This document shows positions 49,386 through 58,419 of a stretch of DNA of 64,000 bases, in pieces (position 1 is the stretch's first letter; each line of letters starts with the position of its first letter). The translations under genes were made by a program, and so were the position numbers. Source of the stretch: Verrucomicrobiales bacterium (GTDB taxonomy: Bacteria; Verrucomicrobiota; Verrucomicrobiia; Limisphaerales; JAYPEY01); NCBI GenBank assembly GCA_038126235.1, contig JAYPFK010000008.1, positions 33,168-97,167 on the forward strand, read 5' to 3'. The notes under the pieces were generated by a model. The model was given only the letters and a program-made list of their open reading frames with translations. It did not search any database and was not told the origin of the DNA.

Positions 49386-49940
49386 ATGAAGAAGCGACGC
49401 GCCCCGATCAACCTCATTCTGGCATTGCTGGCCGTCGGCCTGGCCGGAGGCTGCGAGACGACCAAGGTGGGCAAGAAGAAGAAGGAGGAGAAGTTCTCGA
49501 CCTTCCGGATGCACCTGGAGGAACTGCCCAACAACGCCCGCTGGGTCATGCCGGCGCAAATTTATCGGGAAAACCCGCAGATCATCCACGTCCATCGCGT
49601 CCCCTTCATCGATGAACGGAACATTGTGGAAGCGGCGGTGATCGACGACATCCGCACGATCGACGGCGAACAGGTGAATTTCGGCAAGGCGATCGGCGTG
49701 CGCTTCGACCGGACGGGAAAGTGGCTGCTGGAAAGCACCACGGTGGCGAACCGCGGCAAGCGCATCGCGATTCACAGTTATTTCCCGGAGGGCCGCTGGC
49801 TGGGGGCGAAGGTGATCGAGTCGAAGATGTCCGACGGCGTGTTCATCTTCACGCCGGACGCGTCGTTGGAAGAGATGGAGCGGCTGTGCGACGGCCTGAA
49901 CGCGGTGGCCAAGGAACTGGAAACCGCGAAGTCCTGGTAG
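49386..49940 (+). CDS. Lipoprotein with SecD/SecDF P1-head-like domain
   Basis: Lipobox LAGGC; IVEAAV..IGVRFDRTG...LESTT..NRGKRIAI resembles the SecD periplasmic head. Confidence 0.6.
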   Translation: MKKRRAPINLILALLAVGLAGGCETTKVGKKKKEEKFSTFRMHLEELPNNARWVMPAQIYRENPQIIHVHRVPFIDERNIVEAAVIDDIRTIDGEQVNFGKAIGVRFDRTGKWLLESTTVANRGKRIAIHSYFPEGRWLGAKVIESKMSDGVFIFTPDASLEEMERLCDGLNAVAKELETAKSW

Positions 49941-49950
49941 GCGGATCGTT

Positions 49951-50958
49951 GTGACGCGGCTGACTTCCATCCTGATCGCGGCGCTGCTGCCGGCTCTGGC
50001 GGCAGCGGGGGGGGAGCCGCTCTTCCGTTTTCCGACGGCAAACCACGCGCTGCTGGAGGAGGACGGCGGCAAGGACTTCTTCACCGGCACGATCGGCAAC
50101 AACTGGCCGGCCGGGGCTTACGGCTGCGTGCGCAACAGCGGCTGGCGCATGCACGAGGGCGTGGACATCCAATGCCGGGAACGCGACAAGAAGGGCGAAC
50201 CGATCGACGCGGTCATGGCGACGGCCGACGGGGCCGTGGCCTACATCAACACCCGGGCCTGGGCATCGGCCTACGGCATCTACATCGTGGTGCGACATGA
50301 GATCGAAACCCTGGCGGTCTACTCGCTCTACGCCCATCTGAGCCGCGTGGAACCGGACCTGCGCGTCGGACAGTCGGTCAAGGCCGGCCAACGAATCGCG
50401 ACCCTGGGCCGGACGGCGAATCACTCGATCTCCAAGAAGCGCGCGCACCTGCACTTCGAGCTGACGCTGATCCTGAACGACCAGTACGACTCCTGGCGGC
50501 GCAAGACCAAACAGGGAGGCAAGAACGAGCACGGCAAGTTCAACGGCATCAACCTGTCCGGTTTCGATCCCGCCGAGGTCCTGCAGGCATGCCACGCGCC
50601 GGGCGGGCGCTTCAGCCTGCTCAGCCACCTGCGCGCGAAGAAGCCCCTGTATCGCGCCCTCGTGCGGGATACGACGTTTCCGTGGCTGCAACGTTATCCG
50701 CGGCTGATCAAGCGCAACCCCGTGACGGAACGCGAAGGCGTGGCCGGCTACGAGATCGCCGTCGACTTCAGCGGGCTCCCTTACCTGATGATCCCGCGGG
50801 CCGAATCCGAGATCGAGGGCAAGGCGAAGATCCAGCTGCTGGAGGTGGACGCGGAGGAATACAAGAAGGGCCACTGCCGCCAGCATGTGGAGAAAAAAGG
50901 CAAGGGCTGGGCCCTGACGCGGAACGGCACGGAGTTTCTGGAGTTGTTGGCGTATTGA
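49951..50958 (+). CDS. M23 family metallopeptidase
   Basis: HEGVD, YAHL, HLHFE; signal peptide. Confidence 0.9.
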   Translation: MTRLTSILIAALLPALAAAGGEPLFRFPTANHALLEEDGGKDFFTGTIGNNWPAGAYGCVRNSGWRMHEGVDIQCRERDKKGEPIDAVMATADGAVAYINTRAWASAYGIYIVVRHEIETLAVYSLYAHLSRVEPDLRVGQSVKAGQRIATLGRTANHSISKKRAHLHFELTLILNDQYDSWRRKTKQGGKNEHGKFNGINLSGFDPAEVLQACHAPGGRFSLLSHLRAKKPLYRALVRDTTFPWLQRYPRLIKRNPVTEREGVAGYEIAVDFSGLPYLMIPRAESEIEGKAKIQLLEVDAEEYKKGHCRQHVEKKGKGWALTRNGTEFLELLAY

Positions 50959-51000
50959 TACTGTCTTGCGGGACCGGGAAGCGGCCCATTTAATGCGGCG

Positions 51001-52260
51001 GTGCAGGACGACAGATTCGACGTCATCGTGATCGGCGGAGGACCGGCGGGAAGCGCCGCCGCGACGCGCCTCGCCATGGCCGGCCGCAGCGCGCTCGTCC
51101 TTGAGAAGGAGATCTTCCCGCGATTCCACATCGGCGAATCACTGCTGCCCTACAACCAGAAACTGTTCCGGGACCTGGACCTGTTGGGAGAACTGGAGCC
51201 GCTGGGTTTTCCGCGGAAGCGCGGAGCGCAGTTCCATCTGGGCAACGGGTCGAAGTCGATCAAGATCCTGTTCCGGGAGGGTCGCTTCAATTCCGAGCAT
51301 GAGACCTTCCAGGTGGAACGGGCGGTGTTTGACCAGGTCCTGCTGCGGCACGCGGAAAAGAAGGGCGCGCAGGTCCGCGAGGGCATGACCGTGACCGGGG
51401 TCGAGAACGACGCGGCCGCCGTCCGGGTGACGGCCCGCGACAAGGACGGCGAAACACGGACGTTCGAAGGCTCCTACCTGGTCGATGCGACCGGACGTTC
51501 GAATTTCACGGCGAAGCGCGACGGACTCTGCGAGGTGGATCCACAACTGAAGAAGTTGGCCGTGTTCTCCCATTTCTCCGGCGTCAAGGCCGACGAGGGC
51601 GAACGGGCCGGCGACACGATCATCGTGCGGGTGAAGGACGGCTGGTTCTGGTTGATCCCGATCGGAAGGGGCAAGACCAGCGTCGGGGCCGTCCTGGACA
51701 CGGCGGCTTACAGGGAGTTGGGCCTCCCGCCCGACGAGGCGCTGCAACGGCGGATTGAAGACTGCCCGGAGATGCGCGAGCGGATGGGCGCCGCGGACAA
51801 GCTGATGCCGGCGCAGACGACGGTCGATTACACCTACAGCAACCGCGAGTTGACCGGCCCCAGGCTGATCCGCGTCGGCGACGCAATCGGCTTCATCGAT
51901 CCCATCTTCTCCGCGGGCGTCTACCTGGCCATGCGGTCGGGCAAGGAATCAGCGGACGTCATCGTCGATGTGCTGGCGGGACGCCGCTCCGAACGCCGGG
52001 CTTTCGCGGCCTACGAAAAGCGCGTGCGCCGATCGATGGCGTTCAACCGGGAAATGATCGACCGGTATTACACGACCGAGTTCATGGAGGTATTCTTGGA
52101 GCCGAGGAGGGGGATGTTCGGAATCGTGGACGCGGTGAATGGAGCGCTGGCCGGGCAGTTCGGGGACTCCTGGCGCTTGCGCTGGAGACTGCGGCTGTTC
52201 TTCCGCCTGGTGCGACTGCAGGCGCGCAAGCCCTTCCTCCCCCGGATCACGTTCGACTGA
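51001..52260 (+). CDS. FAD-dependent halogenase-like oxidoreductase (PltA/CmlS-type)
   Basis: IGGGPAGS, FPRFHIGESLLP, K in RKRGAQF, WFWLIP (WxWxIP), GDAIGFIDPIFSAGV. Confidence 0.8.
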   Translation: MQDDRFDVIVIGGGPAGSAAATRLAMAGRSALVLEKEIFPRFHIGESLLPYNQKLFRDLDLLGELEPLGFPRKRGAQFHLGNGSKSIKILFREGRFNSEHETFQVERAVFDQVLLRHAEKKGAQVREGMTVTGVENDAAAVRVTARDKDGETRTFEGSYLVDATGRSNFTAKRDGLCEVDPQLKKLAVFSHFSGVKADEGERAGDTIIVRVKDGWFWLIPIGRGKTSVGAVLDTAAYRELGLPPDEALQRRIEDCPEMRERMGAADKLMPAQTTVDYTYSNRELTGPRLIRVGDAIGFIDPIFSAGVYLAMRSGKESADVIVDVLAGRRSERRAFAAYEKRVRRSMAFNREMIDRYYTTEFMEVFLEPRRGMFGIVDAVNGALAGQFGDSWRLRWRLRLFFRLVRLQARKPFLPRITFD

Positions 52261-52275
52261 GGAGGCCCGACGGTT

Positions 52276-52761
52276 GTGATAAAAAACGTCGGCAACCCGA
52301 AGCAAGGCGGCGCGGGAATCGGCGCGCTCGCCGCGCTGGCGCTCCTTCTCCTTACAGGTTGCCGGACGCCTCCCCCATTGAAGACCTTCAACACGAGCGG
52401 CCCCGGTTGGACGGCAACCCACGGCCAGGGAATCTGGCGGAGTGAAACCGACGGGACCGAATTGGTGATCGAGGTTGTCTTCGCGAAACACACCGACGGA
52501 AGGACTCATTTCCAAGCGATCAAGGAGGCCTTCCCTTTGGCGACCGTTCAGATCCTCGGCGAGCGCTGGACGGTGGACGAACCGTTGCGGAAGCGGCGGA
52601 GAACCGGCGGACTCGAAGCGATGGGGCGAGCGCGGTCGTTGTGGCTGCGGGCGGCGCTGCGATTGCGCGAACCGCCGTGGGAAAACGCGCTCGAAGGCCG
52701 CACGACTGTCCTGGAGGACGGCGATACGGGCGAACGGCTGGAGCTTCACTTCGATCCATGA
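52276..52761 (+). CDS. Small lipoprotein (positionally ApeN/DUF3261-like)
   Basis: Lipobox LLTGC; stop overlaps next ATG (ATGA); family call inferred from context only. Confidence 0.65.
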   Translation: MIKNVGNPKQGGAGIGALAALALLLLTGCRTPPPLKTFNTSGPGWTATHGQGIWRSETDGTELVIEVVFAKHTDGRTHFQAIKEAFPLATVQILGERWTVDEPLRKRRRTGGLEAMGRARSLWLRAALRLREPPWENALEGRTTVLEDGDTGERLELHFDP

Positions 52762-55700
52762 AGCCTTCGTTGCGATGGGCTTTCATGGCGGGGTTGGCAG
52801 CGGCGCTTGTCCTGGGCGTGGCGCGGCTGAGGTTCGACGCGGATGTGCTGAACCTTCTGCCGGCAAAGCTGGATGTCGTGCGCGGACTCCAACTGCGCCA
52901 GGCGCATTTCAGCTCGGCTGACGACACGCTGGTGACCGTGGAGGCTGCCGACGAATCGACCGCCGCAGCGGCGGCGGAATCCCTGGCGTTGCGATTGCGC
53001 TCGTTCGAACGCGTCGCGGCGGCGGAGTGGCAGTCGCCATTTCTCGAGGATCCCGAAGCCCTGCCTGAATTGCTGGCCTGGATCTGGCTCAATCGGCCGC
53101 CCGAGGAGTTCGCGAAGTGGGCTCAGGGCCTGCAGCCGGACCGGGCGGCGGAATCCTTGGCGGCGGCGAGGGAGACACTGGCCACCACCTTTTCTCCGGA
53201 GGAAATTGCGCGACTGGGCCGCGACCCCTTCGGCCTCACCCGAGTTCCCGGAAATGTCGGCGAACTGGACTTCGATCCTCTGGCCGACGCGGAACACCGT
53301 TCCCCCGACGGACGATTCCGGGTGATCCTGGTCCGCGCGAAGGAGTCGTTGCGGGACTACCGCGATTCCGCGCGATGGATCGAGTTCCTGCGGGGTGAAG
53401 TCGCAACCTGGCAGGAAGAGGACCCCGATCGACGACGCGTGAGACCCGGCATCACCGGCGGCCCCGCCTTCGTCGCGGAGACGGCGACCGGAATGGAGGC
53501 CGACCTGGAGAAGACCACGCCGTTGGCGGCGGCCGCGATCGCGCTGGTGTTCCTGGCGGCCCATCGGAGGTTGAAGCCGCTGGCCTGGCTGCTGGTCCTG
53601 CTGACCGCGATCCTGTGCGTCACAGTGGCGGCGGGCGGTTTCCTGGTGGGCTCCGTGAACGCCGTCAGCCTGGGCTTTGCCGTGATCCTGCTCGGGGTGT
53701 CCGTGGACCATGCGCTGGTGCTCTACCAGGAGTTCAAGGCCGATCCCGGCGCGGGGGCGGCGGGAGCGCGCCGCGCGGTGGGCTGGGGAATCTCCTGGTC
53801 GGCGGCGACGACCGCCGCGGCCTTCGGCTCCCTCGCGTTGGGGAGCCTGCCCGGCCTCGCGCAACTGGGAATCCTGGTGGCCGTCGGGACGCTTTCAGGC
53901 GCGGCGATCATGTTGTTGTTCTTCCTGCCGCCGCTGGAGCGCCGGAGGAACCACAAGCCGGATTTGAATCCGGTCGTTTGCCATTCGGAGCTTGCTGCGA
54001 CCGGTTCCGAGGACGGGACACAACCGCGGTCCGCACAAGTTGCCGGCCCGCCGACCGCGCTGAAGTTCGCCGCGCTCGGGCTGGCGGTTCTGACCGTGGC
54101 GGCGCTGGGCTGGCGCGGCGCGCCAAGGATGACGATCTCCGACGATCCGCTGCGACCGGCGCACAGCGAGGCGATCGACGTCTCGGACCGGATGGGAACG
54201 AGGATGTCGCAGGCCGGCGATCCCATGATGCTGCTGGCGACCGGACCGGATGAAACGGCGGTCGCCGACCGTTTGAAGGAAATGCGGGAGAAGCTCCATC
54301 GCCTGCGGAGTGAAGGGAGGATTTCCGACTTTCTGCTGCCCGACGGCATCTTCCCCCATGAGCGCAACCGAAAGGCCAACGCGGCGCGCGCGGAACGGGC
54401 GGCCGAATCGCTTCCGCGTCTGCGGGAACTGGCGAAAGAAGCCGGCTTTTCCCCGGAATCGCTCGCGTTGACGGAACAGGTCGTCCGTTCCTGGCAGCGC
54501 GCGGAAAAAGGAACGGGGCGCGCCTCCTATCCCGATTCGCCGGTCGTGAGGCGACTGTTGGAGAAGGCGGTCGCCTTCGACGATTCCGGCGCCTACGCCC
54601 TTGGACTGGTCCACCCGGGAGAAGACTCGTCGCTGGAAACCCGCCGTTTGCTGGCGGCGGAAATCGGCTCAACCGACGGCGACAGCCAGTCGATCCTCGC
54701 TGGTTGGGACCTGCTGGGTGTGGAGATTGCGGAGGCGGTCCGACAGGACGCGACGCGGATCGGGATTCCGGCGGCGGCGGCCGTGCTCGCGCTCCTGTTC
54801 GTCGCGTTTCGTTCGTGGCGCGACGCCGCCTTCTGCCTCCTGTCACTCGCGTTCGCAGCGGCGGTCCTGCTGGCGGCGATGTCATTGTGCGGCTGGTCCT
54901 GGACCCTGATCAACCTGCCCGCGATTCCCCTGTTGCTGGGGTTGGGGGTCGACTACAGCATCCACATGCAGCTGGCATTGCGGCGGCATCGCGGCGACTG
55001 GTTGCGCGCCTGGCGGACGACCGGCGGAGCCCTCGCGCTGTGCGCAACGACGACATCGATCGCTTTTGCCGCGCTGGCCCTGTCGCACAACCAGGGGCTC
55101 GGGGACCTTGGGCGGGTGTGCGCCGCGGGCGTGCTCTCGGCCTGGGCCAGCGCGGTGGTCGCCCTTCCGGCTTTGCGTTCCCTGTTGCCGGCGGGATGGC
55201 GGGAAGACCCTGGAAATGGGGAAGAGGTCGAGGGACCGGCCCGGATCTACGGGGCGGCTGCCTGGAGCCTCGGCCTCGCCGTCGCGCGCATGGCGCCGGC
55301 GGAATGGTTGGCGGCCCTCGGCCGGATGGGCGGTTCCTTGTATCGGATGTTCGCTCCCGGCCGGGAACAGGTCGTCATCGCCAATCTCCTTCCCTTGGTG
55401 GACAACGATCAACGGCGCGCGTCCGCCACAGCGCGCGATTTGTACCGCGAGTTTGGGGAGAAACTGGTTTCGCTCTGGCGGTTTGAGGCAGGCGAGGCCG
55501 TAACCGCCCGACCGGAAAACGAATCGGACTGGCGGCATTACGAGGAGGCCAAGCGCGCCGGGAATGGCGTCCTGCTGGTGACTCCCCACTTGGGCAACTG
55601 GGAACTCGGCGGCCCGACCCTGACCGAACGCGGGGAGAAGCTGCTCGTGCTCTCGCAGGCGGAACCGGGACAAGGCTTCACGGACATCCGGCGCGCGGGG

Positions 55701-56114
55701 CGCGCGCGTTGGGGGGTCGAAACCCTGATAGTCGGCGACGACATGTTCGCCTTCGTCGGCGTCATCAAGCGGCTCCAGGACGGCGACGCAGTGGCCTTGT
55801 TGATCGACCGGCCGGAACCGGGAAAGGGCGTCGAGGTGGAGCTTTGTGGCCGGCCGTTCTTGGCGTCAGTCGCCGCCGCCGAACTGGCGCGCGCGACGGG
55901 CTGCGCGATCGTGCCAGTCGTCATTGTCCGGGAAGCGGCGGGGCATGTCCTGAAGACCCTGCCGCCGGTGGCCTACGACCGCGCCGCATTGGGTTCGCCC
56001 GAGGGACGGCGCGAACTCACCCAGAAGATCATGCGTGATTTCGAACCGACGCTTCGCCAACATCCCTCGCAATGGTTTCAGTTCATACCCATCTGGCCCG
56101 GGGGAGATTCGTGA
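52758..56114 (+). CDS. MMPL/RND exporter fused to C-terminal LpxL/HtrB-type acyltransferase
   Basis: ILLGVSVDH and LLLGLGVDYSIH MMPL motifs in two TM bundles; C-terminal LLVTPHLGNWE, VALLIDR, HPSQWFQF. Confidence 0.85.
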   Translation: MKPSLRWAFMAGLAAALVLGVARLRFDADVLNLLPAKLDVVRGLQLRQAHFSSADDTLVTVEAADESTAAAAAESLALRLRSFERVAAAEWQSPFLEDPEALPELLAWIWLNRPPEEFAKWAQGLQPDRAAESLAAARETLATTFSPEEIARLGRDPFGLTRVPGNVGELDFDPLADAEHRSPDGRFRVILVRAKESLRDYRDSARWIEFLRGEVATWQEEDPDRRRVRPGITGGPAFVAETATGMEADLEKTTPLAAAAIALVFLAAHRRLKPLAWLLVLLTAILCVTVAAGGFLVGSVNAVSLGFAVILLGVSVDHALVLYQEFKADPGAGAAGARRAVGWGISWSAATTAAAFGSLALGSLPGLAQLGILVAVGTLSGAAIMLLFFLPPLERRRNHKPDLNPVVCHSELAATGSEDGTQPRSAQVAGPPTALKFAALGLAVLTVAALGWRGAPRMTISDDPLRPAHSEAIDVSDRMGTRMSQAGDPMMLLATGPDETAVADRLKEMREKLHRLRSEGRISDFLLPDGIFPHERNRKANAARAERAAESLPRLRELAKEAGFSPESLALTEQVVRSWQRAEKGTGRASYPDSPVVRRLLEKAVAFDDSGAYALGLVHPGEDSSLETRRLLAAEIGSTDGDSQSILAGWDLLGVEIAEAVRQDATRIGIPAAAAVLALLFVAFRSWRDAAFCLLSLAFAAAVLLAAMSLCGWSWTLINLPAIPLLLGLGVDYSIHMQLALRRHRGDWLRAWRTTGGALALCATTTSIAFAALALSHNQGLGDLGRVCAAGVLSAWASAVVALPALRSLLPAGWREDPGNGEEVEGPARIYGAAAWSLGLAVARMAPAEWLAALGRMGGSLYRMFAPGREQVVIANLLPLVDNDQRRASATARDLYREFGEKLVSLWRFEAGEAVTARPENESDWRHYEEAKRAGNGVLLVTPHLGNWELGGPTLTERGEKLLVLSQAEPGQGFTDIRRAGRARWGVETLIVGDDMFAFVGVIKRLQDGDAVALLIDRPEPGKGVEVELCGRPFLASVAAAELARATGCAIVPVVIVREAAGHVLKTLPPVAYDRAALGSPEGRRELTQKIMRDFEPTLRQHPSQWFQFIPIWPGGDS

Positions 56115-56782
56115 TGGCGTTCGCGCTGCTGACATCCACCCTGGTCGGATTCAATTCATTGCGCGCCGCCGAGGTCGACGAGGCGTTATTGGACCGCTGG
56201 TTGAACGCGCAAACAAACCTCGTTTCCTGGTCGGCGGAGTTCACCCAGATCCGCCGGTTTCCGACACTGACCCAGCCCCTGAAAACACAGGGCCGGGTCT
56301 CCTTCAAGGCGCCGTCTTCGTTCCGCTGGCAGTTGGGAGAACCGGCGCGCACGATCGCCGTGCGCGGCCCCGAAGAGGCGTTGATCTACTACCCGAAACT
56401 GAAGCGGGCCGAGCGTTACGCGCTGGGCGCGGAAGCCACGGGTCCGTGGAAGGACGCGATGGCGCTGTTGGACGCCGGGTTTCCGCGCAGCCGCGCGCAG
56501 TTGGAGGAACGGTTCGAGGTGGTGGCGATCGCGGCGTCCGGGGGAACCTGCCGGCTGCAACTGCGTCCGCGCGGCGTCCGGGCGCGACGCCTGCTGCCGA
56601 GGATGTCGCTGGAGTTTGACGTGAAAACACTGGGCCTGAGCGCCTCGGAGTTCGAGTTCCCCGACGGTTCGAGCATGCGGAACGAATACCGGAACCTGAA
56701 GGCGGACCCGGCGATGGCGGACGAGGTCTTCCGCCTGTCCCTCCCCGCGGAGGTGACGGTCAAGGAGCCGGGAGCGCGATGA
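56072..56782 (+). CDS. LolA-like periplasmic carrier protein
   Basis: AEFTQIR, GRVSFKAPSSFRWQ, LQLRP; start may be GTG 56111 overlapping upstream TGA. Confidence 0.8.
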   Translation: MVSVHTHLARGRFVMAFALLTSTLVGFNSLRAAEVDEALLDRWLNAQTNLVSWSAEFTQIRRFPTLTQPLKTQGRVSFKAPSSFRWQLGEPARTIAVRGPEEALIYYPKLKRAERYALGAEATGPWKDAMALLDAGFPRSRAQLEERFEVVAIAASGGTCRLQLRPRGVRARRLLPRMSLEFDVKTLGLSASEFEFPDGSSMRNEYRNLKADPAMADEVFRLSLPAEVTVKEPGAR

Positions 56783-57213
56783 AAGAGAAGGAGGTGTTCG
56801 ACCAGGCCTTGTCGCGGCTGCCGCACGGTCCGGAGTTTCGCTACGTGGATCGTCTGGTGGAACTGGAGCCCGGAGTGTCGGGCGCGGCGGAGTTCACCCT
56901 GCGCGGGGACGAGCCGTTTCTGAAGGGACACTTTCCCGGGCAGCCCCTGATGCCCGGGGTTTTGTTGATTGAGGCGGCGGCCCAACTGGCCGGCGTGATC
57001 GCCCAGAGCGATCCCGGCGTCGATCCGCTGCCCGGACTCAAGCTCACCGCCGTCCGCAACGCCAAGATCCTCGGGACGGCCGGGCCGGGCGAGACCGTCC
57101 GCCTCGCGGCAAAGATCGACGGTCGGATGGGGAATCTTATCCAGGCCTCGGCGACGGCTTCCCTGGGAGAGCGGACCTTGCTGCAGGTCTCGCTGACCTT
57201 GGCCGGCGACTGA
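56779..57213 (+). CDS. FabZ/FabA-family 3-hydroxyacyl-ACP dehydratase (hotdog)
   Basis: LPHGPEFRYVD, GHFPGQPLMPGVLLIEAAAQ; ATGA overlap. Confidence 0.88.
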   Translation: MKEKEVFDQALSRLPHGPEFRYVDRLVELEPGVSGAAEFTLRGDEPFLKGHFPGQPLMPGVLLIEAAAQLAGVIAQSDPGVDPLPGLKLTAVRNAKILGTAGPGETVRLAAKIDGRMGNLIQASATASLGERTLLQVSLTLAGD

Positions 57214-57251
57214 GGGTCGAAACGTCCCGGAAACCAACCAATGCGCCCCCG

Positions 57252-58229
57252 TCACCCGCCGCGTTTCGCCATCAGGATGTGCGCCTCGGGATTGTAGTGG
57301 CGATAACCGGGAAACCTCCGTTCCAGTTCCCGCGCAACCGGGATGATCCCCGCCTCAAACCCGGCGCTTTCGACAACCTCAACCAACCGGGAAAGACTCA
57401 GCAGATTCCAATGGTAATCGTCGACCGGCCGGATGTCGTGCTCGGGGACATTCCCCGCGTTGAACAGGGAAATCCAAACCTCGCCGACCGCGACGCGCAG
57501 GGTCTCACGCAGCGCCTTTTCCAGTCCGTCCGCGGACAGGTGCTCAAACAGATCGAAAGCGAAGACGACATCGAATGACCGGTCCGGAAGATCCAAGGCG
57601 GCCGCGTCGCCGACCCGGAAATCGATCTCCGGGAAACGCCGCTTCGCGTTGCGGATATTCTCCGAGGAGATGTCGACGCCGGTGTAATCCAAGAACCGTC
57701 CAATCCCATAGGCGGTGAGGAAGCGGTAATCGTTGGCCGACCCGCAAGCCAGTTCGAGGAGCTTGCAGGGCGAAGATCCCCGCGTTTCAAGGAACGCTCG
57801 CCAAGCCTCCTCGAACGGGCAGTGGAAATCATCGAAGCCCCCGCTACCGCGGCGGTTGAGTTCGTCCAGCAAGTCCAGAAGATCCAATCGCCCACCCCAT
57901 CGTTCGCGCATTTCCCCGCGGAGAAATCCCGGGAGCTCAGCGTGATCCGGAGCCTTCTTCAGAAGCAGACGCAGTCGGGGGAACCAGCCCTCGCGGATCC
58001 CAAGCAAGGCATGACAGGCGCAAGCCGCGAAATAGGTCTCCTCCTCGACGAGTTCCGTCCCCTGCCCCGGAAACAACCGGTCGATCAGGAACGCACGGAT
58101 CAGGATACTCTGGGGATTGAGCGCCGGATGCTCGACCTCCTGGACCAGGTAGCGGTCCAACTCCGCCGCGCCCATGCCGTTCCAATGGCGCGCGAGGCGG
58201 CGGGCTTCATCGGAGGAGTCGTGATTCAT
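57252..58229 (-). CDS. Class I SAM-dependent methyltransferase
   Basis: LLELACGSA, YTGVDIS, GDAAALDLPDRSFDVV..DLFEHL. Confidence 0.85.
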   Translation of the reverse strand: MNHDSSDEARRLARHWNGMGAAELDRYLVQEVEHPALNPQSILIRAFLIDRLFPGQGTELVEEETYFAACACHALLGIREGWFPRLRLLLKKAPDHAELPGFLRGEMRERWGGRLDLLDLLDELNRRGSGGFDDFHCPFEEAWRAFLETRGSSPCKLLELACGSANDYRFLTAYGIGRFLDYTGVDISSENIRNAKRRFPEIDFRVGDAAALDLPDRSFDVVFAFDLFEHLSADGLEKALRETLRVAVGEVWISLFNAGNVPEHDIRPVDDYHWNLLSLSRLVEVVESAGFEAGIIPVARELERRFPGYRHYNPEAHILMAKRGG

Positions 58230-58254
58230 GAAACAGCCGACCGAATGCCGCCAA

Positions 58255-58408
58255 CAAGGAGCGGCGACATTCCTGTCGCCGTGGCCCCGGAGGGGCCAGA
58301 GATGCGTTCGTTCCCACCCGCGCTGCCCGTTGTCGCAAACGCCTCGTCCAGCCCGCGCTCATGGGCCGGCCTTGCCGGCAGGGCGACACGTCTGTCCCCC
58401 CTCCTTGG
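58255..58408. repeat. REPIN-like element family B copy 2
   Basis: Left 45 nt match 40128 at 44 of 45; degenerate right arm gccggcagggcgacacgtctgtcccccctccttgg. Confidence 0.9.
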
Positions 58409-58419
58409 GCTCCAGCCTC

